DNA of 64,000 nt. Origin: an uncultured Chloroflexia bacterium (GTDB lineage Bacteria; Chloroflexota; Anaerolineae; CG2-30-64-16). The position numbers and the translations under genes are program-made. Every line of letters begins with the position of its first letter. Positions within the stretch are counted from its first letter, which is position 1. The notes beneath the pieces were generated by a model, which was not told where the DNA came from, did not search any database, and worked only from the letters and a program-made list of their open reading frames with translations. Shown piece by piece: positions 12,185 to 22,689 of this stretch. The stretch lies in NCBI GenBank assembly GCA_963783655.1, contig CAWAOA010000007.1:55229-119228 (forward strand), in the 5' to 3' direction.

Positions 12185-12556
12185 GATTCCACCTCTTTCT
12201 TACCCAACTTCCTGATAGCTTCGAGCATCTTCCCCGGTCTCTGTTTCGAAATAAAGCTTCTGGCGCCGGCCTGCGCGGCCATGGCGCGAGTCGCCGGGTC
12301 ATCGTGCAGACTCAGGAACAGGACGCTAACGTTTGGGCAGCGTGTACCCAGGATCTGCCGCGGCCCTCAATCCAATTGCGTCACCCATGTCGGCATCCAC
12401 GAGCGCGACGCACACGCCGGGCGCCGCCGCCAGCGTGATGGCCTCGTCCTCGTTGGCCGCCTCGCCCACTACCTCAATATCCGAGGCCGAAGACAGCAGC
12501 ATCCGGAGCCCTTCGCTTACTATTGACTGGTCACGTACGATCATTACCTTGATCAC
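12181..12556 (-). CDS. Single-domain response regulator (CheY-like receiver), with one frame change
   Basis: ORF 12326..12556 reads MIKVMIVRDQSIVSEGLRMLLSSASDIEVVGEAANEDEAITLAA...VALVDADMGD. After a shift near 12335 my translation continues VLFLSLHDDPATRAMAAQAGARSFISKQRPGKMLEAIRKLGKKEVES*. Its TGA (12181-12183) overlaps the MCO ATG (12182-12184) within tcATGA. Confidence 0.65.
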
Positions 12557-12602
12557 GAGCGCATCCTTGGTCCGGTTGACGGTTGCGATGGACGTGCCTC
12601 AC

Positions 12603-12632
12603 TTGCGGGTCATGTTGCACCAAATGTATAAT
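12603..12632 (+). promoter_or_regulatory. Candidate sigma70-type promoter with an extended -10, for the NarL regulator/kinase operon
   Basis: TTGCGG (12603-08), an 18-nt spacer ending in TG, then TATAAT (12627-32; tgtataat at 12625-32). It sits in an AT-richer divergent intergenic region. Confidence 0.3.
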
Positions 12633-12689
12633 ATTTATGAGAACCGCGAATCCCGCCCGGGAGTGAATTTTCTCGCCCTCTTGGAGTGA

Positions 12690-13430
12690 ATGCGACTCAC
12701 TCTTAAGTATCAGGAGGTCCGCGTGGTCCCCATTCGAGTGCTCATAGCCGACGACCACGGAATCGTGCGCCAGGGCTTGCGCATGTACCTGAGCGCCGAT
12801 CCGGAGCTCGAGGTCGTGGGTGAGGCCAGTAACGGTGCCGAGGCGGTTGAGCGGGCGCGGCTGCTTGAGCCACAGGTCGTCCTGATGGATTTGCTCATGC
12901 CCGTGATGGATGGCATCAGCGCCACAGCGGCCATCCGGCGTGAATTGCCCAACGTCGAGGTGCTGGCTCTCACCAGCGTTCTCGAAGACGCCTCGGTAGT
13001 TGAAGCCGTACGCGCAGGGGCAACCGGCTATCTGCTCAAGGATACGGGGGTCCAGGATCTGTGCCGGGCAATCAAGGCGGCAGCGGCCGGGCAGGTTCAG
13101 TTGGCTCCGGCCGCTGCAGAGCGCCTGATGGCCGCGGTGAGTGCACCCGTACATGGAGTCGATCATCTGACGGCCCGCGAGCGGGATGTGCTGCAACTGC
13201 TGGCGCTTGGCCAGTCGAACGCCGAGATTGCCGCCTGCCTTGGGATCGCGGAGCAGACTGTCAAGTCGCACGTCAGCCACATCCTCGGAAAGCTAGATTT
13301 GCCAAGCCGAACTCAGGCTGCTCTTTACGCTATCCGCGTTGGCCTCGTGCGGGCCGGCCAACCTTCGTCGCCACCCGAGGGCCGAGCCTCGGCCAATCAA
13401 CGGGGTCCAGGGCAGGCGCGGGCAGCCTGA
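12690..13430 (+). CDS. NarL/LuxR-family response regulator
   Basis: Receiver domain: RVLIADDHGIVRQGLRMYL...VVLMDLLMPVMDG...ALTS. LuxR HTH: LTARERDVLQLLALGQSNAEIAACLGIAEQTVKSHVSHILGKL. The start may be the GTG at 12723. Confidence 0.85.
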   Translation: MRLTLKYQEVRVVPIRVLIADDHGIVRQGLRMYLSADPELEVVGEASNGAEAVERARLLEPQVVLMDLLMPVMDGISATAAIRRELPNVEVLALTSVLEDASVVEAVRAGATGYLLKDTGVQDLCRAIKAAAAGQVQLAPAAAERLMAAVSAPVHGVDHLTARERDVLQLLALGQSNAEIAACLGIAEQTVKSHVSHILGKLDLPSRTQAALYAIRVGLVRAGQPSSPPEGRASANQRGPGQARAA

Positions 13431-13467
13431 CGGCCAGAGGCATCTCAGACATCAAGGGACGCGTGCA

Positions 13468-15584
13468 ATGAGAGACCCGATCCAGAGAGTGGCCTTGATC
13501 TCCGCTGCACTCATCGGGATTGGCGTACTGCTTGCAGGAGTCCTACCCGATCTTCTCTTAGAGGGCGCGCCTCATTTGGCGGTGCTTCACGCCGGTGTCG
13601 GTGTCGTGGCGGCAACCACCGGATACTTCTTCGTGGCCCGGATGGTACACGCTCGCGAGCACATGCGCGCTTCCACCGCTGCGTTGCTCACCGACCTGCA
13701 GTCCCACGAGCGGCTGCTCGCGGAAAACCTTCAGCAAAGAGCTCTACTGGAAGCGATCTTGGAGGCCGATCCTGACGGAATCGCCGTCTTAGCCGGTGGG
13801 GAACTCCGGTATCAGTTGGTCAACTCCGCTCATCGCAGCTTTACCCCGTACCCATCTCTCGATCCTGTCGCCTGCGCTTATGCCGACGTCTGGCGCGACG
13901 CCGGCTGTGTTGAATTGGCGGCTACCCTCCGGCAGGTCGCCGCCGGTGGGGAGCCCGCCGACCTCCAATGTGGAGAGTGCCGCTATCCAGATGGCCGCGT
14001 TTCCTACTTCGACATGCACGTCCGGCGTCTAGAGTGGGAGCAGGGTCAGGCCGTCCTCATAGTCCTCCAGGACATCACGGGTGCTGAAATGGCACGCCGG
14101 CAGGCGCAAGCCGCCACCTTGGAGGCGCAACGACGCGCCGACGAACTCGATGTTGTCTTCGAGGCGATGCTCGAAGGGGTGATCGTGTTTGACGCCAATG
14201 GGACGCCGATTCGCGCCAACCCGTTTGCGGCACGGTTCGTGGGCCACTCGCTGGGCAGCCCTGACCGCAGCGAGATGGTCCGATCCATGAAGCTGCGGCG
14301 TCCGGGTCAGGCATTGATCGAGCCAAACGATCTCCCCTCTGGTCGCGCTCTGCGGGGCGAGAAAGTGAGCGGAGATCGCTTCATCATCGTGGATCCGGAG
14401 GGTCGCGAATTCACGATCATGGCTTCGGCGGCGCCGCTGCTGGTAGGGGACGGGATTACGGGAGCAGTCGCTGTATGGCGTGACGTGACGGAGCTCGAGC
14501 GAACGGAAGACCAGATGCGAGAGGCCCTGGCGGCCTCGCGACGCCGCGAGGCCGAGATTGCGGCGCTACTGGCTCAGCTCGAGACGAGCGAAGAACGCTG
14601 GCGCTCACTCGTGGAGAGCTCCAATGACGCCATGGTCACGCTGAATACCGCGGGGGTGATCGTCTTCTGTAACCGGGCGGCACAGCGGACGTTTGGCTAC
14701 GATGAGGAGGAACTGATAGGGCGTGCGTTTATCTCGTTGCTGGCCCCAGGCGAGGCAGCCGGCCAGGAGGGTGAAACGTGGGAGCAGCGGTACGCCGCGG
14801 CATCGGCGCTCAGCGGGAGGAGTCTCGACGCCACAGGCAGGCGGCGCAACGGCACGGACTTCCCGCTGGAGTTCTCATACGCGCCGTGGCAGACCCGCGA
14901 GGGTGCATTCATCACTGCCGGTATCCGAGACATTACGCAGCGCGTGCAGGCGCGCGAGCGGGCGCAGAGGCTGGCCGCAGTGGAAGAGCGCCAGCGCCTG
15001 GCCCGCGAGCTGCACGATTCGGTGTCCCAGGCTCTCTACGGTATCGCTCTCGGCGCGAACACTGCGCTGACAATGCTCGATAGCAGCCGGGAACGGACGG
15101 TTGCCGCGCTGGACTACGTCATCTCCCTTGCCGATGTGGGTCTGACCGAAATGCGCGCGCTCATCTTTCAATTGCGGCCGGACGCCCTGCAGACGGAGGG
15201 GCTGGTCGCCGGGCTGGCGAAGCACGCCGCGGCGCTGCGAGCGCGCTACGGAACTGCGGTCCAGGAAGAATTCTGCGTCGAGCCAGACGTAGCTCTGGAG
15301 CTCAAAGAGTCGGTGTACCGGATCGCGCAAGAGGCCCTCAACAACGCCGTCAAGCACGCCCAGGCAACCCAAATCGGCCTCCGCCTGGACGCGCGTGCGA
15401 CTGCCTCGAGTTGGAAGTCAGCGATAACGGCAAGGGCTTCGATGCTGCCCGTGCCTTCCCCGGCCATCTGGGCCTGCGCTCGATGCGCGAGCGGGCGCAG
15501 CAACACGGGGGCATACTTGCGATCGACAGCATGCCCGGCGGGGGCACCCGTGTGCGCGCGATTATCCCTCTTCACCCGAGCTAG
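13468..15584 (+). CDS. PAS-domain sensor histidine kinase (HisKA_3, NarX/LiaS type), with one frame change near 15400
   Basis: The N-terminal TM region starts at MRDPIQRVALISAALIGIGVLLAG, followed by PAS-like segments. H-box: ERQRLARELHDSVSQALYGI. N-box: RIAQEALNNAVKHA. After the shift my translation reads CLELEVSDNGKGFDAARAFPGHLGLRSMRERAQQHGGILAIDSMPGGGTRVRAIIPLHPS*. Confidence 0.8.
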
Positions 15585-15745
15585 TTCATCCGCTTCCCCA
15601 TATCTACGGACATGTTCCGCTCAACGGCGATTGACTTCAAACCTCAACACCGTCTTCGCCATGGATAGTAAGACGTGCTACAATTAGCGTGGCCACCTGA
15701 AAAAAATGCCCGAACAAGGCTTCGACCCACCGGAAGGAGATCAAC

Positions 15746-17641
15746 GTGAATCGATCGCGCGCCGCAGTGACGACACTTGCACTTATTTTGCCATTGGTCT
15801 TGTTACTATTCTCACTGCAGATGGCCGGCAGCCACACAGCGGAAGCCGCACCTGTTGATCTCGCCCCGACGCAGAGCTTAAGTCCGCAGGCGCCCGCGAT
15901 CGTCCTGGACATGACCGTGGGTACCGAACCCGGCCGTCTGCGCACCACCAACCAGCTATCCAGTTCCCTTGGGTGGCGGTGAAGTTACCTACTGCTATAC
16001 AGCCCGGAATACGGGAATGTCACCCTCACCCTGCACACACTGGTCGATAGTCACTTGGGCACATTCTGTCGAACTACGTCGTGCATGTTTTGGCTCCCGG
16101 GGCCAGCTTCCTTCACGCAGACGGCGCTCGATCACGGCCACCCGAGTCAGCACCGCCACCTGGACGGCCGCCAACCCGGGACCGGTCGACACGGTAGTCA
16201 GGCACCGATTCGGTCACAGTCAACGTGGTTCCACCCAATCCGGCAATCAGTAGTGATGACGGTAGGTACGAACCCGGCCGTTTGTGCAAGCACCGACAGC
16301 ATCCAATTTCCTTGGGCGGCGGAGCGCCACGTACTGCTACACGGCCCGCAATACGGGGGAATCTCACTCTCACGCAGCATACACTGGTCGATAGTCACCT
16401 GGGCACGATTCTGTCGAATACGCGTAAGTTTTGCCCCCGGGAGCCAGCATGTCAGTTTACCAGATGGCGACGATCACGGCCACACGAGTCAGCACCGCCA
16501 CCTGGACGGCCAGCAATCCCGGGCCGGTGGACACGGTGGTGGCGACCGATTCGGTCACGGTCAACGTAGTTCCACCAATCCGGCAATCGTTTTGGATATG
16601 ACCGTCGGTACCAACCCGGCGGTTTGTGCCACGACGACCAGCGTCGTGTTCCCGCCCGGCGGCGGAAATGTCACGTACTGCTATTCGGTGCGCAACACAG
16701 GGAATATCACCCTCACCCGTCACACGCTGGTAGACAATCGACTGGGCTCAGTTCTATCGAATTTCCCCTATGCACTGGCTCCCGGGGCCAGCACGTTTGT
16801 CACCCAGACTGCCCTGGTCACAAACCCACAGGTCAGCACTGCCACCTGGACGGCGTCCAATCCGGGACCGGTCGATACCGCCATCGGCACTGATTCGGTC
16901 ACGGTTATCGTTTCGCCGCCGAGCCCGGCGATCGTCCTGGACATGACCGCGGGAACGAATCCGGCGGCCTGCGCCACGACAACGAGCATCCTGTTGCCGC
17001 CGGGCGGCGGAAATGTCACGTACTGCTACACGGCGCGCAATACGGGGAACGTGACCTTCACCCGCCATTCGCTGGTAGACAATCGACTGGGCACCCTTCT
17101 GTCGAATTTCCCCTACGCTCTGGCGCCCGGGGCCAGCGCATTCATCACGCAGACGGCCGTGATTACGGGCAGCAGCGTCAGTATGGCTACCTGGACGGCA
17201 TTCAACCCGGGACCGGTCGATACCGCCGTCGGCACCGATTCGGTCACGGTGACCGTTTCGTCGCTGACCCCTGCGATCGTGTTGGAGAAGACCGTAGGCA
17301 CCAACCCGGGGGTCTGCTCGGCCACTGACAATATTCTGCTTCCGTTCGGGGGCGGTGACGCCACGTACTGCTATTCGGTCCGCAATACGGGCAGTGTAAC
17401 CCTCACGCGGCACACTCTGGTCGATAATAAGTTGGGGACAGTCTTGTCAAGCTTCCAGTATACTCTCGCCCCCGGTGCCAGTGCCTTCGTGACGCAGACC
17501 GCGACCATCGCCGTCGACACCGTCAACTCCGCTACCTGGACGGCCTATAACCCTGGGCCGGTGAACACGGTGGCAGCGATTGATGTCGCCGAGGTGCGCG
17601 TCACCAAACGTGTCCACCTGCCTCTTATGTTGCGACCGTAG
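15746..17641 (+). CDS. Secreted protein made of five ~115-aa tandem domains (DUF11/TIGR01451-like beta-sandwich repeats). The first two repeats carry frame changes.
   Basis: Signal peptide MNRSRAAVTTLALILPLVLLLFSLQMAGSHTAEA, preceded by GGAAGGAG. Repeat unit: PAIVLDMTVGTNPAVCATTTS..PPGGGNVTYCY.(V/A)RNTGN(I/V)TLTRHTLVDNRLG..LSNFPYALAPGAS.F.TQTA......V..ATWTA.NPGPVDTA.GTDSVTV.V. The protein ends KRVHLPLMLRP*. Confidence 0.6.
15893..17610 (+). repeat. Five ~345-bp tandem coding repeats
   Basis: PAIVL(D/E) repeat starts recur near 15893, ~16237, ~16580, ~16925 and ~17270. The last three spacings are 345 bp. Confidence 0.8.
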
Positions 17642-17656
17642 ACTCGCATTCCCCAA

Positions 17657-17698
17657 CCCGTGCGCGGTCTGCGCCCGCCCTTGCAGACCGCGCACGGG
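17657..17698 (+). terminator. Perfect 16-bp-stem hairpin after the repeat protein
   Basis: cccgtgcgcggtctgc (17657-72) and gcagaccgcgcacggg (17683-98) are exact reverse complements with a 10-nt loop. The following T-tract is weak. Confidence 0.5.
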
Positions 17699-17707
17699 TG
17701 CCTTATC

Positions 17708-18825
17708 ATGGACGGCATGTACCAGCGGATCGTCATTAAGCTTGGGACCGGCGTGCTCACCGGAGGCGGCGCGGAGCTCGATCGCGCGTTCATGGTCGAC
17801 GTGGCGCGCCAGTGCGCGGCGCTGCACGGCCAGGGGCGCGAGATAGTCATCTGTACCTCGGGCGCCATCGCCGCCGGGCGCGCCCGGCTCGGCGCCCGCG
17901 CTGCCGGGCTGCCCGCAACGGTGCCGGCGAAGCAGATGCTCGCCGCCGTTGGGCAGAGCCGCCTCATGATGATCTATGTCTGCCTTCTTCGAGATCTACG
18001 GCATCGACGTCGGCCAGATGCTGCTCACACGCGCCGACTTCCGCGATCGTGGGCGTTTCCTCAACGCCCGTGAAGCACTGTGCGCTCTGCTCGAACAACA
18101 CATCGTTCCGATCATCAACGAGAATGACGCTGTCGCTACCAGCGAGATCAAGGTTGGCGACAACGACAACCTGTCCGCGCTGGTGGCGCTGCTGGCGGGT
18201 GCCGATCTGTTGCTTCTGCTCACCGATCAAGACGGGCTGTTCACGGCAGACCCACGACGCGACCCCGAACGCGCAGCTGATTCCGGAAGTGCGAAAAATC
18301 GACCGGGCTCTGCGTGAGCTGGCAGGCGGCAGCGGCTCGGATCAGGGCGTCGGCGGCATGGCCACCAAGCTGCAGGCGGCGGATGTCGCCCGCCGGGCCG
18401 GCATCGATGTGGTGATCGCCAATGGCCGCGCGCCGGATGCCATCCGCCGCCTGGCCGAGGGCGAGCGCATGGGCACGCGCTTCCCGGCGCTGGCGCATCC
18501 CCTCGAGGCGCGTAAGCGCTGGATCTTCGCCGGACGCGTGCCGCGTGGCAGGATCGTGGTCGACTCGGGCGCCGCGCACGCTCTCATCTCGCAGGGGCGA
18601 AGCCTGCTGCCGGCGGGGGTGAACGAGGTGGAAGGCGAGTTCGAACGCGGTGAGACGGTGTATATCGTCGGTCCCGCCGGCGAAGAGCTCGCGCGCGGGA
18701 TCGCTCGTTACTCGAGTGGCGAGCTTCGCCAGATCAGCCACCATCGTTCCGCTGAGATTGCCGAGCTGCTAGGCTACGACTATGGCCCGGTAGCGGTCCA
18801 CCGGAACGATCTGATCTTGCTCTAG
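17708..18825 (+). CDS. proB: Glutamate 5-kinase with a C-terminal PUA domain, with 2 frame changes
   Basis: [15 protein letters not shown] (ORF 17660..18073), [29 protein letters not shown] (ORF 17976..18317), and [25 protein letters not shown] plus the PUA segment [25 protein letters not shown] (ORF 17812..18825). Confidence 0.85.
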
Positions 18826-18953
18826 GCCGCACCCCTGGCCGTGTACTCCTGTTCGTTGCCTCCCATACCAAATAGACCCCGCGCCGCAAAACGCTTGCGT
18901 CGCGGGCGGGCGTCGGCTAACATGCGATTCAGAGCTGTCAGGAGGGGCTGTAC

Positions 18954-20222
18954 ATGGATCTTGAACGGATGGGACACGCAGCGCGGGTCGCAGCGCGCTC
19001 GTTGGCTGTTGCCGGGACCCAGCGTAAGAACGACGCTCTGCTCTATATCGCAGACGAATTGGAGCGCTCTGGCCCCACTATCTTGCCGGCAAACGCGGGA
19101 CGATGTTGAAGCCGCAGCGGCGTCGGGGACGAGCAGCGCGATCGTTGACCGGCTGCTGTTGAATGAGCCGCGACTGGCGGCGCTGGCGAGAGACATCCGG
19201 CACGTTGCCTCGCTTCCCGACCCGGTGGGCGTAGAGTTCGGCGGCCGCGTGCTGCCCAACGGATTGCGCCTGATCAAGCGCCGGGTGCCTATCGGCGTGA
19301 TCGGGGTCATCTACGAAGCGCGCCCGAATGTGACTGTTGACGTCGCCTCACTCTGCCTGAAAGCCGGCAACGCCGCCATTCTACGCGGCGGAAAGGAAAC
19401 GCGGCGCACCAACCTCGCCCTCACCTCTGCGATCAGCGTTGGACTGGAGAGAGCCGGTCTCCCAAGCGATGCCGTGCAAAGCATCACCGATCCCGACCGG
19501 GAAATCGTGTCGAGGCTGCTGCGGCTCGATCGCTACGTCGACATGATCATCCCGCGCGGGGCGCTGCGTTGCACCGGCTGTGCCGCGACGAGAGCACCAT
19601 CCCGGTGATCACGGGCGGGATGGGCATCTGCCACATCTTTGTCGACGATTCCGCTGATCTTGAGCGCGCCGTGGCGATCGTAGAGAACGCCAAAGTGCAG
19701 CGCCCGAGCGTCTGCAACGCCCTCGATACCGTGCTCATCCACGAGTCGATCGCGCCCGAATTCCTGCCGGTATTGGCCGCCCGGCTGGCCGGCTGCGGGG
19801 TCGAGCTGCGTGCCGACAGACTGGCCGGTGAAATCCTCGAAGCCTCGGCGTCTCGGCACCAAGCCCGCGTTCTGCCGGCCGGCCCCGAGGATTTCGATAC
19901 CGAATGGATGTCGCTCGTGCTCGGGATCCGCGTGGTCCCAGGGTTGGACGAAGCCATCGCGGACATCCACGAGCACAGCACGGAGCACTCCGACAGTATC
20001 CTCACCAGGGACCTGGAAAACGCCACACGGTTCGTCGACGAGGTCGACTCGGCCGCGGTCTACGTGAACGCCAGCACCCGCTTCACCGACGGCGGGCAAT
20101 TCGGCCTGGGCGCGGAGGTCGCGGTCAGCACGCAGAAACTTCACGCACGCGGACCGATGGGGTTGGAAGAGCTTACTATCTACAAGTGGATTGGCTGGGG
20201 TACCGGTCAGATCAGGGAGTAA
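18954..20222 (+). CDS. proA: Gamma-glutamyl phosphate reductase, with frame changes
   Basis: The ATG at 18954 follows GGAGGGG and starts [30 protein letters not shown]. Further motifs: [80 protein letters not shown] (ORFs 18841..19608 and 19569..20222). It lies immediately downstream of proB. Confidence 0.85.
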
Positions 20223-20227
20223 GCGAA

Positions 20228-20686
20228 GTGAAGAAGAGCCAGCTTCTGCAGAAGGTGGACGACGCATGGGCGTCGTTCAAAGCGTCCTTCGCCGGCCTGT
20301 CGGACGCAGGGTTTGAAAAACCGGGCGCGCTGGGCGAGTGGTCGGTGAAGGACATTCTTGGCCACGTCACCGCATGGGAGGAGGAGTCGCTCAAGCATCT
20401 GCCCGTGATATTGGAAGGGAAGCGACCTCCGCGCTACAAAGACGTCTACGGTGGTATCGACGCATTCAATGCGCGAACGGCGGAGGAAAAGCGAAGCCTT
20501 CCCCTCGCTGACGCACTGAAGCAGCTAGACGAAATCCACGCCAGGTTGGTGGCCTATCTCGGCAGCGCGCCGGACGAGGAATTCGTGCAGACGCGCTTCC
20601 GCTGGCGCATCTACTGGGATACCTACGGCCACTACCCGCAGCACACCGCCGCCATCCTCGAGTGGCGGGAGAGGAGCGGGCTATGA
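20228..20686 (+). CDS. DinB-superfamily / ClbS-DfsB-like four-helix-bundle protein
   Basis: The GTG at 20228 opens VKKSQLLQKVDDAWASFKASFAGL...WSVKDILGHVTAWEEESLKHL...YGHYPQHTAAILEWRE (second half of ORF 19904..20686). The family call is by motif resemblance only. Confidence 0.5.
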   Translation: MKKSQLLQKVDDAWASFKASFAGLSDAGFEKPGALGEWSVKDILGHVTAWEEESLKHLPVILEGKRPPRYKDVYGGIDAFNARTAEEKRSLPLADALKQLDEIHARLVAYLGSAPDEEFVQTRFRWRIYWDTYGHYPQHTAAILEWRERSGL

Positions 20687-21118
20687 CACTGCCGTTGCAG
20701 TCGCACACCGGTGCGGGACACGTAGCGCATCTGAATCCACCGGAGCTCTTCAGGAGCCCTGCCTTCACCCAAGTCATTTCCGTTACAGGGCACGTCAGGA
20801 CGGTATATGTGGGCGGGCAGGACGCCGTGGACGCTTCGGGGCAGATCGTCGGAAAAGGGGACATGCGGGCGCAGGCGGAGCAAGTGATGAAGAACATCCA
20901 GCATGCTCTCGCTGCCGCCGGCGCCGGCCTCGAACATGTCGTCAAGTGGAATGTGTACGTAGTCCAGGGCCAATCGCTGCAAGCGGGCTTTGAGGTTTTT
21001 CAGCGCGGTCCGGGGAGATCGCCCTGACCCGCCCGTCATCTCCGGGATGTTCGTGGCCGCGCTGGCAAACCCGGAGTATCTGTTGGAGATCGACGCCATC
21101 GCTGTAGTGCCGGCGTAA
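20683..21118 (+). CDS. RidA/YjgF-family protein, with one frame change near 21010
   Basis: FTQVISVTGHVRTVYVGGQDAVDASGQIVGKGDMRAQAEQVMKNIQHALAAAGAGLEHVVKWNVYV. After the shift my translation reads ...PVISGMFVAALANPEYLLEIDAIAVVPA*. The start overlaps the previous stop (ATGA). Confidence 0.75.
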
Positions 21119-21128
21119 TCTCGATTTC

Positions 21129-21160
21129 GGCGCACGCCTGCCGGCCGGCAGGCGTGCGCC
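21129..21160 (+). terminator. Perfect 14-bp-stem hairpin after the proBA-DinB-RidA gene string
   Basis: ggcgcacgcctgcc ggcc ggcaggcgtgcgcc, with no clean T-tract. Confidence 0.45.
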
Positions 21161-21534
21161 GGGGACTGTTGATTCTCACCGGTTCCTACAATCCCACCCA
21201 CGAACTCTCACCACATTCTCCGCGGGTTCTGACCTATCAGAAGTGTCACTCGCCCCACTGTCTGCCTCGCGGTCCACTGTCTAGACTCCACGCTAGGCCG
21301 GTTGCTACTATCATGGGGGTGACGAAAGTGAAGGTCACAATTCTCGGCGCGGGTAACATGGGCCGGCCCACTGCGCAGGGCTCGCCAGCTCGAGGGGTTG
21401 GGCCTGTTGAATATCGTTCTGCAGTCCTCGACGGAGAAGACGTGGATGACTGGAGTGAAGCTCGCGGACTAGCGAGGTGTCTCACGGACGAGGTAGAACC
21501 CGATCTCGGCCCAACCTCGCGCGGCGAAAGCGCG

Positions 21535-21564
21535 CCGGCGATATCCAAACTCGGATATCGCCGG
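21535..21564 (-). terminator. Perfect 12-bp-stem hairpin about 50 bp downstream of the Gfo/Idh/MocA gene
   Basis: ccggcgatatcc aaactc ggatatcgccgg. Confidence 0.4.
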
Positions 21565-21613
21565 CGTGTTGCCCGGTGGTACTACGTGTGCGCAATGCCG
21601 CCCCGGTGCTCGT

Positions 21614-22635
21614 CTACCCGAGCGACACGGCCCGACCGGTTCGGATAGATTCCAGGGCAGCCATCGACACCTCGAGCGCTTCCCGACCCTGGCGCCCTCC
21701 GCCGGCACCGGCCGGTCCTCCAGGATACTGTGGGCGAAGGTCTCGATCTCGAGCTGGTACATATCCTGATCTGAGTTGGAAATCGTCTCCCAATCACCTC
21801 CCTCGGCCAACACCCGCACCACCTGGTGTCGCATCGCGAGGGTGACCTCGGCGGCGCCCTTCGGGCCGTAGATCATGTCTGGGAGAGCGGCCGGGTTTAC
21901 CCTGGGGGGAAGACCCCAGGTCGCGGTGAAGATGCCAACATCGCCGCTCTCGTACGTAACCTGGACGGTGGCCGTATCCACGGCCGGAACAGCTATATGG
22001 GCGATCTCTGAACGGCCGGCGGCGATGGCAAACCCCTGCGCATAGACTGCTTGAGGGCGGGAGCCGAAGAGGCAGTTCCACGTGTCGAAGAGGTGGACGC
22101 CCATGTCGACAACCGGTCCGCCGTTGGCGTCGGGATCGTGCATCTCTCGCTTTGGCCGCAACTCGCGGGCATCCAACGAGGTATACATCAGGGGGCGACC
22201 CAGGCCACCTGCGTCAAGCCACCGGTGCAGCGCCAGGAACGAAGGGGAGTAGCGACGCATGAGGCCGATGCCCAGTTTTACACCTGCGCTTGCCGTCGCC
22301 TCGATCATGGAGTCGGCAGCCTCCAGGTTTAGAGCGATCGGTTTCTCTGATAGCACATGCTTGCGCTGTCCCGCAGCCGCAATCGTGACTGCAGGATGGA
22401 GATAAGTCGGTACGCATACGGAGACTACGTCGACACCCGGCAGCGCTACCGCCTCGCGGTAGTCATCGTACCAGCGGCTGAGTCCGTGAAGCCGCGACAG
22501 CTGCTCGCCTCGATCCGGGCGAATGTCACAGACCGCTACCACGCAGGCGTCGGGCAATGCGTTCCAACGCTCGGTGTGCTTGGTGCCCATGTCGCCGCAC
22601 CCGACCACGCAGACGCCCAGTTTCCCGTCCCTCAT
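21614..22635 (-). CDS. Gfo/Idh/MocA-family NAD(P)-dependent oxidoreductase, with one frame change near the 3' end
   Basis: LGVCVVGCGDMGTKHTERW (Rossmann fold) and HVLSEKPIALNLEAADSMI (EKP motif). My shifted translation of the tail gives EALEVSMAALESIRTGRAVSLG*, with the stop at 21614-16. Confidence 0.85.
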
Positions 22636-22689
22636 ACCGTCTCCTCCCTCGTGGGCCGTGTTGATCGCTCGATCGATCGGGCGATCAGC

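Noticed and set aside
15893-17610. The regular repeat array could be mistaken for a CRISPR array or a satellite
   Set aside because: The repeat unit is 345 bp with no short spacer/repeat alternation. It is in-frame coding sequence, a protein-domain repeat behind a signal peptide.
21327-21470. VKVTILGAGNMGR fragment as proC completing a proBAC cluster
   Set aside because: Only about 13 residues look Rossmann-like. The rest of the frame has no P5C-reductase features in any frame I tried.
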